DNA of 64,000 bases from positions 11,160,001 through 11,224,000 of the forward strand of contig CATNEN010000039.1 of NCBI GenBank assembly GCA_950097015.1, read 5' to 3'. Every line of letters starts with the position of its first letter. Within the stretch, counting starts at the first letter, position 1. Below, piece after piece: positions 9,162-22,830 of the stretch. The notes under the pieces are model-generated. The model was not told the origin of the DNA. It made no database searches and worked only from the letters and a program-made list of their open reading frames with translations. Made by a program: the position numbers and the translations under genes. Source of the DNA: Macrostomum hystrix (lineage: Eukaryota; Animalia; Platyhelminthes).

Positions 9162-12100
9162 TCACAGATCGTCGTCTCCGATTGCGTGCACGAAGGAGTC
9201 ATTGTCAGCGGCTGCGGCTACGTCAGCGAGCCCAGTGCCGGCTGCGGACCAGTGAGTCAGCCGCTGCGCCAGGCTCTGATGGTCATCGGCGCCACCCGCG
9301 ACGCGCCTCACAAAAGGCCGCTGACGATCGACAAAGTCGCCGAGGTCCGCGGGATCGCGGCCTCGGTCCCGATCGGCTGGGGTTCGAATCCGGCCACCGG
9401 CCTTCTTCATCAGCACCTCGTCCACCACGGACTGCAGGCAGAGGCTGAGCAGCACAGCCTGCTTGGTGTTGACGCGGAACCACTTCAACGAGTCGGGCGC
9501 CACCAGGTACTCAAAGCTGAGTTCGTGGCAGGGCACGCTGTCGCCGCGGGAGTTGGCGACGGTGGTCGCCGCGTCGCCCGGAGTCGCGAGTCGCCAGCGG
9601 CGCATGCGGACAACCCTGAAGACACCCTCGGTTCGGCCCGACTGCGGCCGGACCACCAGCTCCTTGTTGCCGACCCACACCTGACCGGATGCGAGAGAAA
9701 TAGGATTGGCGACTAGAAACTGCATCCCGCTCTTATCCGCTGCGAGTGAATGCCCACAGTCAGCCGGTTTCTAAACTAGGCATAACCAGTTCCCCCTTCG
9801 TCAATCCCTCCAGCTGTTTCTTTGGCTCACATCAGCCGGCGTGTCCGGAGCAGGCCAGTCGGCGAAGCAGTCGGCGAAGGGCAAAAAGCCGTAGAAGCGG
9901 CATGCCCGCGCCAGTCGCAGGAAGTCGCGCCGGGACCTGCAGCGTCGGTAGTCGGCCAGCTGTTCCGCCTGCTCCTTACTGGGCAGTATCCAGCCCTGGT
10001 CCAGGTCCGCGCAGGCCTGCGGTCGAGCGATAGAATTAGAAACAGCCAATATTGGAGCAGTCGGAAGGTCCAAAGGACGGAATGATTAACACTAGTCTAA
10101 CTCAAACAAACCTGCGCGTAGAGCAGCTTCAGAGCTGCCGGCTCCTCGAACAGGTCGTTCTCGAGCAGAGAGTCCCAGAAGGCTTTGCGCACCACCAGCC
10201 TGGCGCTTTCGGACTCCTCCTGGGCGGCCGCCAACGACACGCAGGGCAGCTCAAAGTCCTGCAGCCGGCGAAGTACGATTGGCCGGCCAGCCGGGTCAGC
10301 GGCCACAAGAAACAGGCCGAAGTAGAAGGCGAACCGCTCACTGAGGCCGGCGGTTTTGGCGAAGGCCTCCAGCACATCGTCGGTGCGATCTGTGCTCAGC
10401 ACGGACAAACAGCAGCGCTTGCCAGTCATGAGACCGACCTCCAGCTGGGCCGGCTCCGGCCTCAGGCCACGACTGGCCTTCTGGGCGCCCTGCAGGAACG
10501 ACTGGAACCGGCCGCCGAGCGCCGGGTCCTGGCTCACCTGCGATTGGTTCAGGACAGGCGAGTTAAAGATCAGGCGAGTGGTAAGTTCAGGCATTTGACA
10601 CGCCTGACACCCTTTGAAGTAGACGCTATACAGTCTTGATTTAAAGAGATGTGTAGACAAACAAGTCCCTTCTCCAATTGAAGGCCTCTGAAACAGACGA
10701 GTCCCTTCTGACTCTGAAACAGACGAGTCCCTTCTGACTCTGAAACAGACGAGTCCCTTCTGACTCTGAAACAGACAATTCCCTTCTGACTCTGAAACAG
10801 ACGAATCCCTTCTGACTCTGAAACACTCGAGTCCCTTCTGACTCTGAAACACTCTAGTCCCTTCTGACTCTGAAACAGACGAGTCCCTTCTGACTCTGAA
10901 ACAGACAATTCCCTTCTGACTCTGAAACAGACAATTCCCTTCTGACTCTGAAACAGACGAGTCCCTTCTGAATCTGAAACAGACAATTCCCTTCTGACTC
11001 TGAAACACTCGAGTCCCTTCTGACTCTGAAACACTCTAGTCCCTTCTGACTCTGAAACAGACGAGTCCCTTCTGACTCTGAAACAGACGAGTCCCTTCTG
11101 ACTCTGAAACAGACGAGTCCCTTCTGACTCTGAAACAGACAATTCCCTTCTGACTCTGAAACAGACAATTCCCTTCTGACTCTGAAACAGACGAGTCCCT
11201 TCTGACTCTGAAACAGACAATTCCCTTCTGACTCTGAAACACTCGAGTCCCTTCTGACTCTGAAACACTCTAGTCCCTTCTGACTCTGAAACAGACGAGT
11301 CCCTTTTGACTCTGAAACAGACGAGTCCCTTCTGACTCTGAAACAGACGAGTCCCTTCTGACTCTGAAACAGACAATTCCCTTCTGACTCTGAAACAGAC
11401 GAATCCCTTCTGACTCTGAAACACTCGAGTCCCTTCTGACTCTGAAACACTCTAGTCCCTTCTGACTCTGAAACAGACGAGTCCCTTCTGACTCTGAAAC
11501 AGACGAGTCCCTTCTGACTCTGAAACAGACGAGTCCCTTCTGACTCTGAAACAGACGAGTCCCTTCGGACTCTGAAACAGACGAGTCCCTTCTGACTCTG
11601 AAACAGACGAGTCCCTTCTGACTCTGAAACAGACGAGTCCCTTCTGACTCTGAAACAGACGAGTCCCTTCTGACTCTGAAACAGACGAGTCCCTTCTGAC
11701 TCTGAAACAGACGAGTCCCTTCTGACTCTGAAACAGACGAGTCCCTTCTGACTCTGAAACAGACAATTCCCTTCTGACTCTGAAACAGACAATTCCCTTC
11801 TGACTCTGAAACAGACGAGTCCCTTCTGACTCTGAAACAGACAATTCCCTTCTGACTCTGAAACACTCGAGTCCCTTCTGACTCTGAAACACTCTAGTCC
11901 CTTCTGACTCTGAAACAGACGAGTCCCTTCTGACTCTGAAACAGACGAGTCCCTTCTGACTCTGAAACAGACGAGTCCCTTCTGACTCTGAAACAGACAA
12001 TTCCCTTCTGACTCTGAAACAGACAATTCCCTTCTGACTCTGAAACAGACAATTCCCTTCTGACTCTGAAACAGACGAGTCCCTTCTGACTCTGAAACAG

Positions 12101-15100
12101 ACAATTCCCTTCTGACTCTGAAACAGACAATTCCCTTCTGACTCTGAAACAGACAATTCCCTTCTGACTCTGAAACAGACGAGTCCCTTCTGACTCTGAA
12201 ACAGACGAGTCCCTTCTGACTCTGAAACAGACGAGTCCCTTCTGACTCTGAAACAGACAATTCCCTTCTGACTCTGAAACAGACAATTCCCTTCTGACTC
12301 TGAAACAGACGAGTCCCTTCTGACTCTGAAACACTCGAGTCCCTTCTGACTCTGAAACACTCTAGTCCCTTCTGACTCTGAAACAGACGAGTCCCTTTTG
12401 ACTCTGAAACAGACGAGTCCCTTCTGACTCTGAAACAGACGAGTCCCTTCTGACTCTGAAACAGACAATTCCCTTCTGACTCTGAAACAGACGAGTCCCT
12501 TCTGACTCTGAAACAGATGAGTCCCTTCTGACTCTGAAACAGACGAGTCCCTTCTGACTCTGAAACAGACGAGTCCCTTCTGACTCTGAAACAGACGAGT
12601 CCCTTCTGACTCTGAAACAGACGAGTCCCTTCTGACTCTGAAACAGACGAGTCCCTTCTGACTCTGAAACAGACAATTCCCTTCTGACTCTGAAACAGAC
12701 AATTCCCTTCTGACTCTGAAACAGACGAGTCCCTTCTGACTCTGAAACAGACAATTCCCTTCTGACTCTGAAACACTCGAGTCCCTTCTGACTCTGAAAC
12801 ACTCTAGTCCCTTCTGACTCTGAAACAGACGAGTCCCTTTTGACTCTGAAACAGACGAGTCCCTTCTGACTCTGAAACAGACGAGTCCCTTCTGACTCTG
12901 AAACAGACAATTCCCTTCTGACTCTGAAACAGACGAATCCCTTCTGACTCTGAAACACTCGAGTCCCTTCTGACTCTGAAACACTCTAGTCCCTTCTGAC
13001 TCTGAAACAGACGAGTCCCTTCTGACTCTGAAACAGACGAGTCCCTTTTGACTCTGAAACAGACGAATCCCTTTTGACTCTGAAACAGACGAATCCCTTC
13101 TGACTCTGAAACAGACGAGTCCCTTCTGACTCTGAAACAGACGAGTCCCTTCTGACTCTGAAACAGACGAGTCCCTTCTGACTCTGAAACAGACGAGTCC
13201 CTTCTGACTCTGAAACAGACAATTCCCTTCTGACTCTGAAACAGACGAATCCCTTCTGACTCTGAAACACTCGAGTCCCTTCTGACTCTGAAACACTCTA
13301 GTCCCTTCTGACTCTGAAACAGACGAGTCCCTTCTGACTCTGAAACAGACAATTCCCTTCTGACTCTGAAACAGACAATTCCCTTCTGACTCTGAAACAG
13401 ACGAGTCCCTTCTGAATCTGAAACAGACAATTCCCTTCTGACTCTGAAACACTCGAGTCCCTTCTGACTCTGAAACACTCTAGTCCCTTCTGACTCTGAA
13501 ACAGACGAGTCCCTTCTGACTCTGAAACAGACGAGTCCCTTCTGACTCTGAAACAGACGAGTCCCTTCTGACTCTGAAACAGACAATTCCCTTCTGACTC
13601 TGAAACAGACAATTCCCTTCTGACTCTGAAACAGACGAGTCCCTTCTGACTCTGAAACAGACAATTCCCTTCTGACTCTGAAACACTCGAGTCCCTTCTG
13701 ACTCTGAAACACTCTAGTCCCTTCTGACTCTGAAACAGACGAGTCCCTTTTGACTCTGAAACAGACGAGTCCCTTCTGACTCTGAAACAGACGAGTCCCT
13801 TCTGACTCTGAAACAGACAATTCCCTTCTGACTCTGAAACAGACGAATCCCTTCTGACTCTGAAACACTCGAGTCCCTTCTGACTCTGAAACACTCTAGT
13901 CCCTTCTGACTCTGAAACAGACGAGTCCCTTCTGACTCTGAAACAGACGAGTCCCTTCTGACTCTGAAACAGACGAGTCCCTTCTGACTCTGAAACAGAC
14001 GAGTCCCTTCGGACTCTGAAACAGACGAGTCCCTTCTGACTCTGAAACAGACGAGTCCCTTCTGACTCTGAAACAGACGAGTCCCTTCTGACTCTGAAAC
14101 AGACGAGTCCCTTCTGACTCTGAAACAGACGAGTCCCTTCTGACTCTGAAACAGACGAGTCCCTTCTGACTCTGAAACAGACGAGTCCCTTCTGACTCTG
14201 AAACAGACAATTCCCTTCTGACTCTGAAACAGACAATTCCCTTCTGACTCTGAAACAGACGAGTCCCTTCTGACTCTGAAACACTCGAGTCCCTTCTGAC
14301 TCTGAAACACTCTAGTCCCTTCTGACTCTGAAACAGACGAGTCCCTTTTGACTCTGAAACAGACGAGTCCCTTCTGACTCTGAAACAGACGAGTCCCTTC
14401 TGACTCTGAAACAGACAATTCCCTTCTGACTCTGAAACAGACGAGTCCCTTCTGACTCTGAAACAGATGAGTCCCTTCTGACTCTGAAACAGACGAGTCC
14501 CTTCTGACTCTGAAACAGACGAGTCCCTTCTGACTCTGAAACAGACGAGTCCCTTCTGACTCTGAAACAGACGAGTCCCTTCTGACTCTGAAACAGACGA
14601 GTCCCTTCTGACTCTGAAACAGACAATTCCCTTCTGACTCTGAAACAGACGAGTCCCTTCTGACTCTGAAACAGACAATTCCCTTCTGACTCTGAAACAG
14701 ACAATTCCCTTCTGACTCTGAAACAGACAATTCCCTTCTGACTCTGAAACAGACGAGTCCCTTCTGACTCTGAAACACTCGAGTCCCTTCTGACTCTGAA
14801 ACACTCTAGTCCCTTCTGACTCTGAAACAGACGAGTCCCTTTTGACTCTGAAACAGACGAGTCCCTTCTGACTCTGAAACAGACGAGTCCCTTCTGACTC
14901 TGAAACAGACAATTCCCTTCTGACTCTGAAACAGACGAGTCCCTTCTGACTCTGAAACAGATGAGTCCCTTCTGACTCTGAAACAGACGAGTCCCTTCTG
15001 ACTCTGAAACAGACGAGTCCCTTCTGACTCTGAAACAGACGAGTCCCTTCTGACTCTGAAACAGACGAGTCCCTTCTGACTCTGAAACAGACGAGTCCCT

Positions 15101-18100
15101 TCTGACTCTGAAACAGACAATTCCCTTCTGACTCTGAAACAGACAATTCCCTTCTGACTCTGAAACAGACGAGTCCCTTCTGACTCTGAAACAGACAATT
15201 CCCTTCTGACTCTGAAACACTCGAGTCCCTTCTGACTCTGAAACACTCTAGTCCCTTCTGACTCTGAAACAGACGAGTCCCTTTTGACTCTGAAACAGAC
15301 GAGTCCCTTCTGACTCTGAAACAGACGAGTCCCTTCTGACTCTGAAACAGACAATTCCCTTCTGACTCTGAAACAGACGAATCCCTTCTGACTCTGAAAC
15401 ACTCGAGTCCCTTCTGACTCTGAAACACTCTAGTCCCTTCTGACTCTGAAACAGACGAGTCCCTTCTGACTCTGAAACAGACGAGTCCCTTTTGACTCTG
15501 AAACAGACGAATCCCTTTTGACTCTGAAACAGACGAATCCCTTCTGACTCTGAAACAGACGAGTCCCTTCTGACTCTGAAACAGACGAGTCCCTTCTGAC
15601 TCTGAAACAGACGAGTCCCTTCTGACTCTGAAACAGACGAGTCCCTTCTGACTCTGAAACAGACGAGTCCCTTCTGACTCTGAAACAGACGAGTCCCTTC
15701 GGACTCTGAAACAGACGAGTCCCTTCTGACTCTGAAACAGACAATTCCCTTCTGACTCTGAAACAGACAATTCCCTTCTGACTCTGAAACAGACGAGTCC
15801 CTTCTGACTCTGAAACAGACAATTCCCTTCTGACTCTGAAACACTCGAGTCCCTTCTGACTCTGAAACACTCTAGTCCCTTCTGACTCTGAAACAGACGA
15901 GTCCCTTCTGACTCTGAAACAGACGAGTCCCTTCTGACTCTGAAACAGACGAGTCCCTTCTGACTCTGAAACAGACAATTCCCTTCTGACTCTGAAACAG
16001 ACAATTCCCTTCTGACTCTGAAACAGACGAGTCCCTTCTGACTCTGAAACAGACGAGTCCCTTCTGACTCTGAAACAGACGAGTCCCTTCTGACTCTGAA
16101 ACAGACGAGTCCCTTTTGACTCTGAAACAGACGAGTCCCTTCTGACTCTGAAACAGACGAGTCCCTTCTGACTCTGAAACAGACAATTCCCTTCTGACTC
16201 TGAAACAGACGAGTCCCTTCTGACTCTGAAACAGACGAGTCCCTTCTGACTCTGAAACAGACGAGTCCCTTCTGACTCTGAAACAGACGAGTCCCTTCTG
16301 ACTCTGAAACAGACGAGTCCCTTCTGACTCTGAAACAGACGAGTCCCTTCTGACTCTGAAACAGACGAGTCCCTTCTGACTCTGAAACAGACAATTCCCT
16401 TCTGACTCTGAAACAGACAATTCCCTTCTGACTCTGAAACAGACGAGTCCCTTCTGACTCTGAAACAGACAATTCCCTTCTGACTCTGAAACACTCGAGT
16501 CCCTTCTGACTCTGAAACACTCTAGTCCCTTCTGACTCTGAAACAGACGAGTCCCTTTTGACTCTGAAACAGACGAGTCCCTTCTGACTCTGAAACAGAC
16601 GAGTCCCTTCTGACTCTGAAACAGACAATTCCCTTCTGACTCTGAAACAGACGAATCCCATCTGACTCTGAAACACTCGAGTCCCTTCTGACTCTGAAAC
16701 ACTCTAGTCCCTTCTGACTCTGAAACAGACGAGTCCCTTCTGACTCTGAAACAGACGAGTCCCTTTTGACTCTGAAACAGACGAATCCCTTTTGACTCTG
16801 AAACAGACGAATCCCTTCTGACTCTGAAACAGACGAGTCCCTTCTGACTCTGAAACAGACGAGTCCCTTCTGACTCTGAAACAGACGAGTCCCTTCTGAC
16901 TCTGAAACAGACGAGTCCCTTCTGACTCTGAAACAGACGAGTCCCTTCTGACTCTGAAACAGACGAGTCCCTTCGGACTCTGAAACAGACGAGTCCCTTC
17001 TGACTCTGAAACAGACAATTCCCTTCTGACTCTGAAACAGACAATTCCCTTCTGACTCTGAAACAGACGAGTCCCTTCTGACTCTGAAACAGACAATTCC
17101 CTTCTGACTCTGAAACACTCGAGTCCCTTCTGACTCTGAAACACTCTAGTCCCTTCTGACTCTGAAACAGACGAGTCCCTTCTGACTCTGAAACAGACGA
17201 GTCCCTTCTGACTCTGAAACAGACGAGTCCCTTCTGACTCTGAAACAGACAATTCCCTTCTGACTCTGAAACAGACGAGTCCCTTCTGACTCTGAAACAG
17301 ACGAGTCCCTTCTGACTCTGAAACAGACGAGTCCCTTCTGACTCTGAAACAGACAATTCCCTTCTGACTCTGAAACAGACAATTCCCTTCTGACTCTGAA
17401 ACAGACAATTCCCTTCTGACTCTGAAACAGACGAGTCCCTTCTGACTCTGAAACAGACGAGTCCCTTCTGACTCTGAAACAGACGAGTCCCTTCTGACTC
17501 TGAAACAGACAATTCCCTTCTGACTCTGAAACAGACAATTCCCTTCTGACTCTGAAACAGACGAGTCCCTTCTGACTCTGAAACACTCGAGTCCCTTCTG
17601 ACTCTGAAACACTCTAGTCCCTTCTGACTCTGAAACAGACGAGTCCCTTTTGACTCTGAAACAGACGAGTCCCTTCTGACTCTGAAACAGACGAGTCCCT
17701 TCTGACTCTGAAACAGACAATTCCCTTCTGACTCTGAAACAGACGAGTCCCTTCTGACTCTGAAACAGATGAGTCCCTTCTGACTCTGAAACAGACGAGT
17801 CCCTTCTGACTCTGAAACAGACGAGTCCCTTCTGACTCTGAAACAGACGAGTCCCTTCTGACTCTGAAACAGACGAGTCCCTTCTGACTCTGAAACAGAC
17901 GAGTCCCTTCTGACTCTGAAACAGACAATTCCCTTCTGACTCTGAAACAGACAATTCCCTTCTGACTCTGAAACAGACGAGTCCCTTCTGACTCTGAAAC
18001 AGACAATTCCCTTCTGACTCTGAAACACTCGAGTCCCTTCTGACTCTGAAACACTCTAGTCCCTTCTGACTCTGAAACAGACGAGTCCCTTTTGACTCTG

Positions 18101-20493
18101 AAACAGACGAGTCCCTTCTGACTCTGAAACAGACGAGTCCCTTCTGACTCTGAAACAGACAATTCCCTTCTGACTCTGAAACAGACGAATCCCTTCTGAC
18201 TCTGAAACACTCGAGTCCCTTCTGACTCTGAAACACTCTAGTCCCTTCTGACTCTGAAACAGACGAGTCCCTTCTGACTCTGAAACAGACGAGTCCCTTT
18301 TGACTCTGAAACAGACGAATCCCTTTTGACTCTGAAACAGACGAATCCCTTCTGACTCTGAAACAGACGAGTCCCTTCTGACTCTGAAACAGACGAGTCC
18401 CTTCTGACTCTGAAACAGACGAGTCCCTTCTGACTCTGAAACAGACGAGTCCCTTCTGACTCTGAAACAGACGAGTCCCTTCTGACTCTGAAACAGACGA
18501 GTCCCTTCGGACTCTGAAACAGACGAGTCCCTTCTGACTCTGAAACAGACAATTCCCTTCTGACTCTGAAACAGACAATTCCCTTCTGACTCTGAAACAG
18601 ACGAGTCCCTTCTGACTCTGAAACAGACAATTCCCTTCTGACTCTGAAACACTCGAGTCCCTTCTGACTCTGAAACACTCTAGTCCCTTCTGACTCTGAA
18701 ACAGACGAGTCCCTTCTGACTCTGAAACAGACGAGTCCCTTCTGACTCTGAAACAGACGAGTCCCTTCTGACTCTGAAACAGACAATTCCCTTCTGACTC
18801 TGAAACAGACGAGTCCCTTCTGACTCTGAAACAGACGAGTCCCTTCTGACTCTGAAACAGACGAGTCCCTTCTGACTCTGAAACAGACAATTCCCTTCTG
18901 ACTCTGAAACAGACAATTCCCTTCTGACTCTGAAACAGACGAGTCCCTTCTGACTCTGAAACAGACGAGTCCCTTCTGACTCTGAAACAGACGAGTCCCT
19001 TCTGACTCTGAAACACTCTAGTCCCTTCTGACTCTGAAACAGACGAGTCCCTTTTGACTCTGAAACAGACGAGTCCCTTCTGACTCTGAAACAGACGAGT
19101 CCCTTCTGACTCTGAAACAGACGAGTCCCTTCTGACTCTGAAACAGACGAGTCCCTTTTGACTCTGAAACAGACGAATCCCTTTTGACTCTGAAACAGAC
19201 GAATCCCTTCTGACTCTGAAACAGACGAGTCCCTTCTGACTCTGAAACAGACGAGTCCCTTCTGACTCTGAAACAGACGAGTCCCTTCTGACTCTGAAAC
19301 AGACGAGTCCCTTCTGACTCTGAAGCAGACGAGTCCCTTCTGACTCTGAAACAGACGAGTCCCTTCTGACTCTGAAACAGACGAGTCCCTTCTGACTCTG
19401 AAACAGACAATTCCCTTCTGACTCTGAAACAGACAATTCCCTTCTGACTCTGAAACAGACGAGTCCTTGTAAATGAATACGACAATATGGTTTAGATTTA
19501 AAACAATCGCCATGATAATTCACAGTTTCGATGATTCGATTTTGATCAAAAGCAGAGTTAGCAAAGCAGTACGCTGAAAAGATCCATTGTGGAGGTCACA
19601 CTGAGGTTGTAAATTTTGAACGGGAAGCACTTCAGAGCTGAATTTCGCGAGTGGGGAAAATAAACAAGTCAATAAATCAGTAAACTCTTTTGAAACGAAA
19701 AACGTGAGAAATACTCGTATTTAGAAGATTTATAAGTGCCCCGCTGCCCAGGATCGAAAGGAATTTAATTGGAAATGTTTGGAAAGCAAAAAAAATATTA
19801 AGGGAGGACAGGCACGAAATAGTCATAAATTATTTTGCTCAACTCGAGACTCAGCAATTGGAGGAGAGAAGCGGAAGAGAGGCGACTGGGCGTGGCACGA
19901 ATGAAAAAGGCGGAAAAGCTGTGGAAATATACGAGTGCGTTCATCCTACTTACAGTAGCATTTAGTAACAGTGATTGCCATAATATGAGAAAATGCTGAA
20001 AAGGCCTTTAACTCGATTCAGAAAGTTTGCAGTTTCGGATTTCCGATAGCTTCAGTTCACCTCGGGTGCGGCAGATCCTCATCCTAGTCACCCCACTGGA
20101 CTGAACAGCAGTACCACACAGACTTCGGATACATTGTTTTTATCTATAGCTAACTACTGCATAAATATTGACTACTTTGAGGCCATCCCTGATTCTGCGA
20201 GATTACACTGAGACATGTGCTCATGAGTGATCAAAACTCACTTTCTGAACAAACAGCTCGAGCTGTGCTCTCCGCTCCGCTAGCTGGGAGGAGCTCAGGC
20301 TGAATAGCCGCTTCGGCGGGAACTCGGGCACGGACCTGGCGCCGTGGCCTTCAACCAGACTGTCGTAGAGGCCGCGCAGTTCGCTGAATCGGGCAGAACA
20401 GTGAAATACGCCATTGACGTAGATCTTGTAGGTGGTGAAGGAGGAACCACCTGGCTCAGTGTGCTGCTCATATTCGGGAATTGAGAAGTGCAT
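9162..20493 (-). CDS. SNX17: Sorting nexin-17 (PX plus FERM-like domain), ~460 aa, 4 coding exons
   Basis: Exons 20493-20242, 10537-10112, 10016-9831 and 9680-9162, all GT-AG and phase 0. Start MHFSIPE, motifs FPPKRLF, LLYAQ and ELSFEYL, and C-terminus IGDDDL match SNX17. Confidence 0.93.
10686..19466. repeat. 26-bp minisatellite/satellite array (~338 units) in SNX17 intron 1
   Basis: Unit CTCTGAAACAGACGAGTCCCTTCTGA with recurrent variants (GACAATT, CTCGAGT, CTCTAGT, GACGAAT, CTTTTGA, CTTCGGA). Higher-order block duplications are present. Confidence 0.99.
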
Positions 20494-22830
20494 CTGGTCT
20501 ATCTAGCACCGAAGTGCTCTGTCAATCAAGCAGTGCTTGGACTGGTCCTCTTTGTCTTTCTGTGAGCTCGGTATGCTCAGTATTTCTCTGCTGCTTAGCA
20601 GTAGCAGATTCTGGAGTTCGATTTGAGTTCAAGGGTTAATTTAAATTGTGTCTTAATAAATAAATAAATCTCTTTTTTGTCACAAAAATATATACTACTG
20701 GCTTTTTTACAATACCTAAAATTATTAAATAGCAAATATTATAATAAATACTTACTTACTAAACAAAATATAAAAAACTAACCAATATATAATGAGTATA
20801 ACAACTATACTTACAATTTAACATGTGAAAAAAGTATGATCACTTGTAAATTAGCTACTATTGTGAATAGTATGCTAGACTAGAAATAAATATCTATGCT
20901 AAAAAATGTTAATTTGGAACAAGCGAGACATTTAGGCAGGACAAAACTCTTAAGGCCCAAGTTGGCCAAAGTGAGAATTATTTTTTGTCAAGTAAAGTGA
21001 GTTGGAATGTACACTTAGGCAATGTACAGTGTGGCATGTACATAGAGCAAGTGAGCATATTGATTTAATAAAGAATTCTAAAACATGACACATAACAAAA
21101 CATAAGGCCAAAAGAAATAAAATGATAACCTAGGAAAACGAAAGTAACTTAGAGCTAATTGTCTACATATTTTTAATATAAAAAGTATATAAATTAGGAA
21201 TAGCATAAACTAAATAGATTAATATAAAAAAGAAAAACCTTTAAGTGGATACTGATGCTGAGCAGCTCAGATTTTTAATGCAAAGACTATTTGCAAATGA
21301 CTCACATTATCACATTATAAGTTAGCTAATAGCTATGAAATAGTATCACTAATGTTCATAATTAAAAGCATATGTACATATTTGTGTAAACTGTAAACTT
21401 TTCGAATCTTAATAATTCAAATAAAAAGTTGTAGTTATAAAATGAAGAGTTTCTATAATAAAGTTAACTATGCTGCCTATCTAAATCAAAAATATATATC
21501 ATGCATGAATATACTTTAAACATAACATAAAATTCTAGGCAGAATTTTATAAAATAGTCAGCCATTAAAAATACATGCCATACTAGTAACTAGCTTAGCT
21601 CTTGGGCCATCTAAAGACATTGTGGCAAGCTCCTAGTTTGTGGCCTTCAATTATTTTACAACTTTTTGTGCAAAGTTATAACAGCCTTAGCGTAAGAGCT
21701 TTAGCTGATGCCTGGGGAGCAGGGCATAAAAAAACCTGTGTTTTACCCCAAACTTAATAACAACAAAGTTATACCAGCCACTAAATGTACATAGTCAGCA
21801 ATCAATAGTAGTAGGCAACATAGTACAAAAAGTTGTAAAATATCTTTTCTAGAAAGAGTCAGCACCAGAGGCACCCTGCTAGCCATTAGTAAATATGCGT
21901 ATCCCTAGTAGGACATACTGCTGAATGACTAGCAACAATGCTACCAGAGGTACCCTAGTGGTACTTAGAAATAGAATAATTTAGACAGGATTATCTCCAC
22001 CTCAATTTCAGGGCCACCAAGCTGCATGGGATGGTTAAGCAGGTATCGGTAGCATATTTTGTGACAGAAGTTTGCCCAGTTCATAGTCTATATTGAGTAG
22101 GCAAAGCAACACTGTCATATACAACAGACTAAATTTGTAATGTGCATGAGATAAGTCCCGCAGTTCCTGTATCTGCATAAGAGAAAGAGAGAGATGAATT
22201 GATAAGATTGCTGATAGAGTAATCAGAAAAAAATCAGTTATTAATACTCGTCAAGTGAGTGAATGTGCACATGTGCAGTGTGCACTAATGCACTAAAAAC
22301 TTGAATAAAAGACAATGTGGAATAAAACCTAGAGCAGAAAAAAAGAACAGACTAATGTAAAAAGCGCAAGAAAATTTATTTGCACAATCGCCATGCTATG
22401 ATGCTACTGCAATCTGGCATCAAGAAACTTTATCGAATAAAGATTAATCATTAATCTCAAATAGCAGCATAGGCATTGGCATAGCAAGGTGTCATCTTGA
22501 TGTCAACAAGTATGTAAAGAAGCACATATAATAAACCATTTCAATGTGTAATAAGTAGGAATAAATGAACTAATTATGAATGATATATACGCCCTTTCAG
22601 GCAATGCACAGTAATTAAAATTAATAACAGTAAACATGTTGACTCAAGAGTGCCGTGAATGGTGTCTTGGAAAGACGATACATTAAATGTTTAAACTTTA
22701 ATTAGTAGTTAAGCAAATAAAACTAGCACTTAAAAAATGCATCGCTTTTTACAGCTGATTTGTGAAAAATCATAATTTTTACATTTTTTTTATTTAATGC
22801 TTTATATATTTTTTAAACTGTGCAATATAT

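Noticed and set aside
10686-19466. CRISPR array (hairpin-forming repeat containing GAAAC)
   Set aside because: Units are directly adjacent with no unique spacers, there are no cas genes, and the context is a eukaryotic intron.
10570-19523. Long minus-strand ORFs (FQSQKG/VCFRVRR/SVSESEG, up to 939 aa) as real proteins
   Set aside because: They are a by-product of a stop-free 26-bp unit cycling through all three frames, and they lie within SNX17 intron 1.
20221-20493. Stand-alone 90-aa PX protein gene
   Set aside because: A GTGAGT donor at 20241 joins in frame to downstream SNX17 exons, so this is exon 1.
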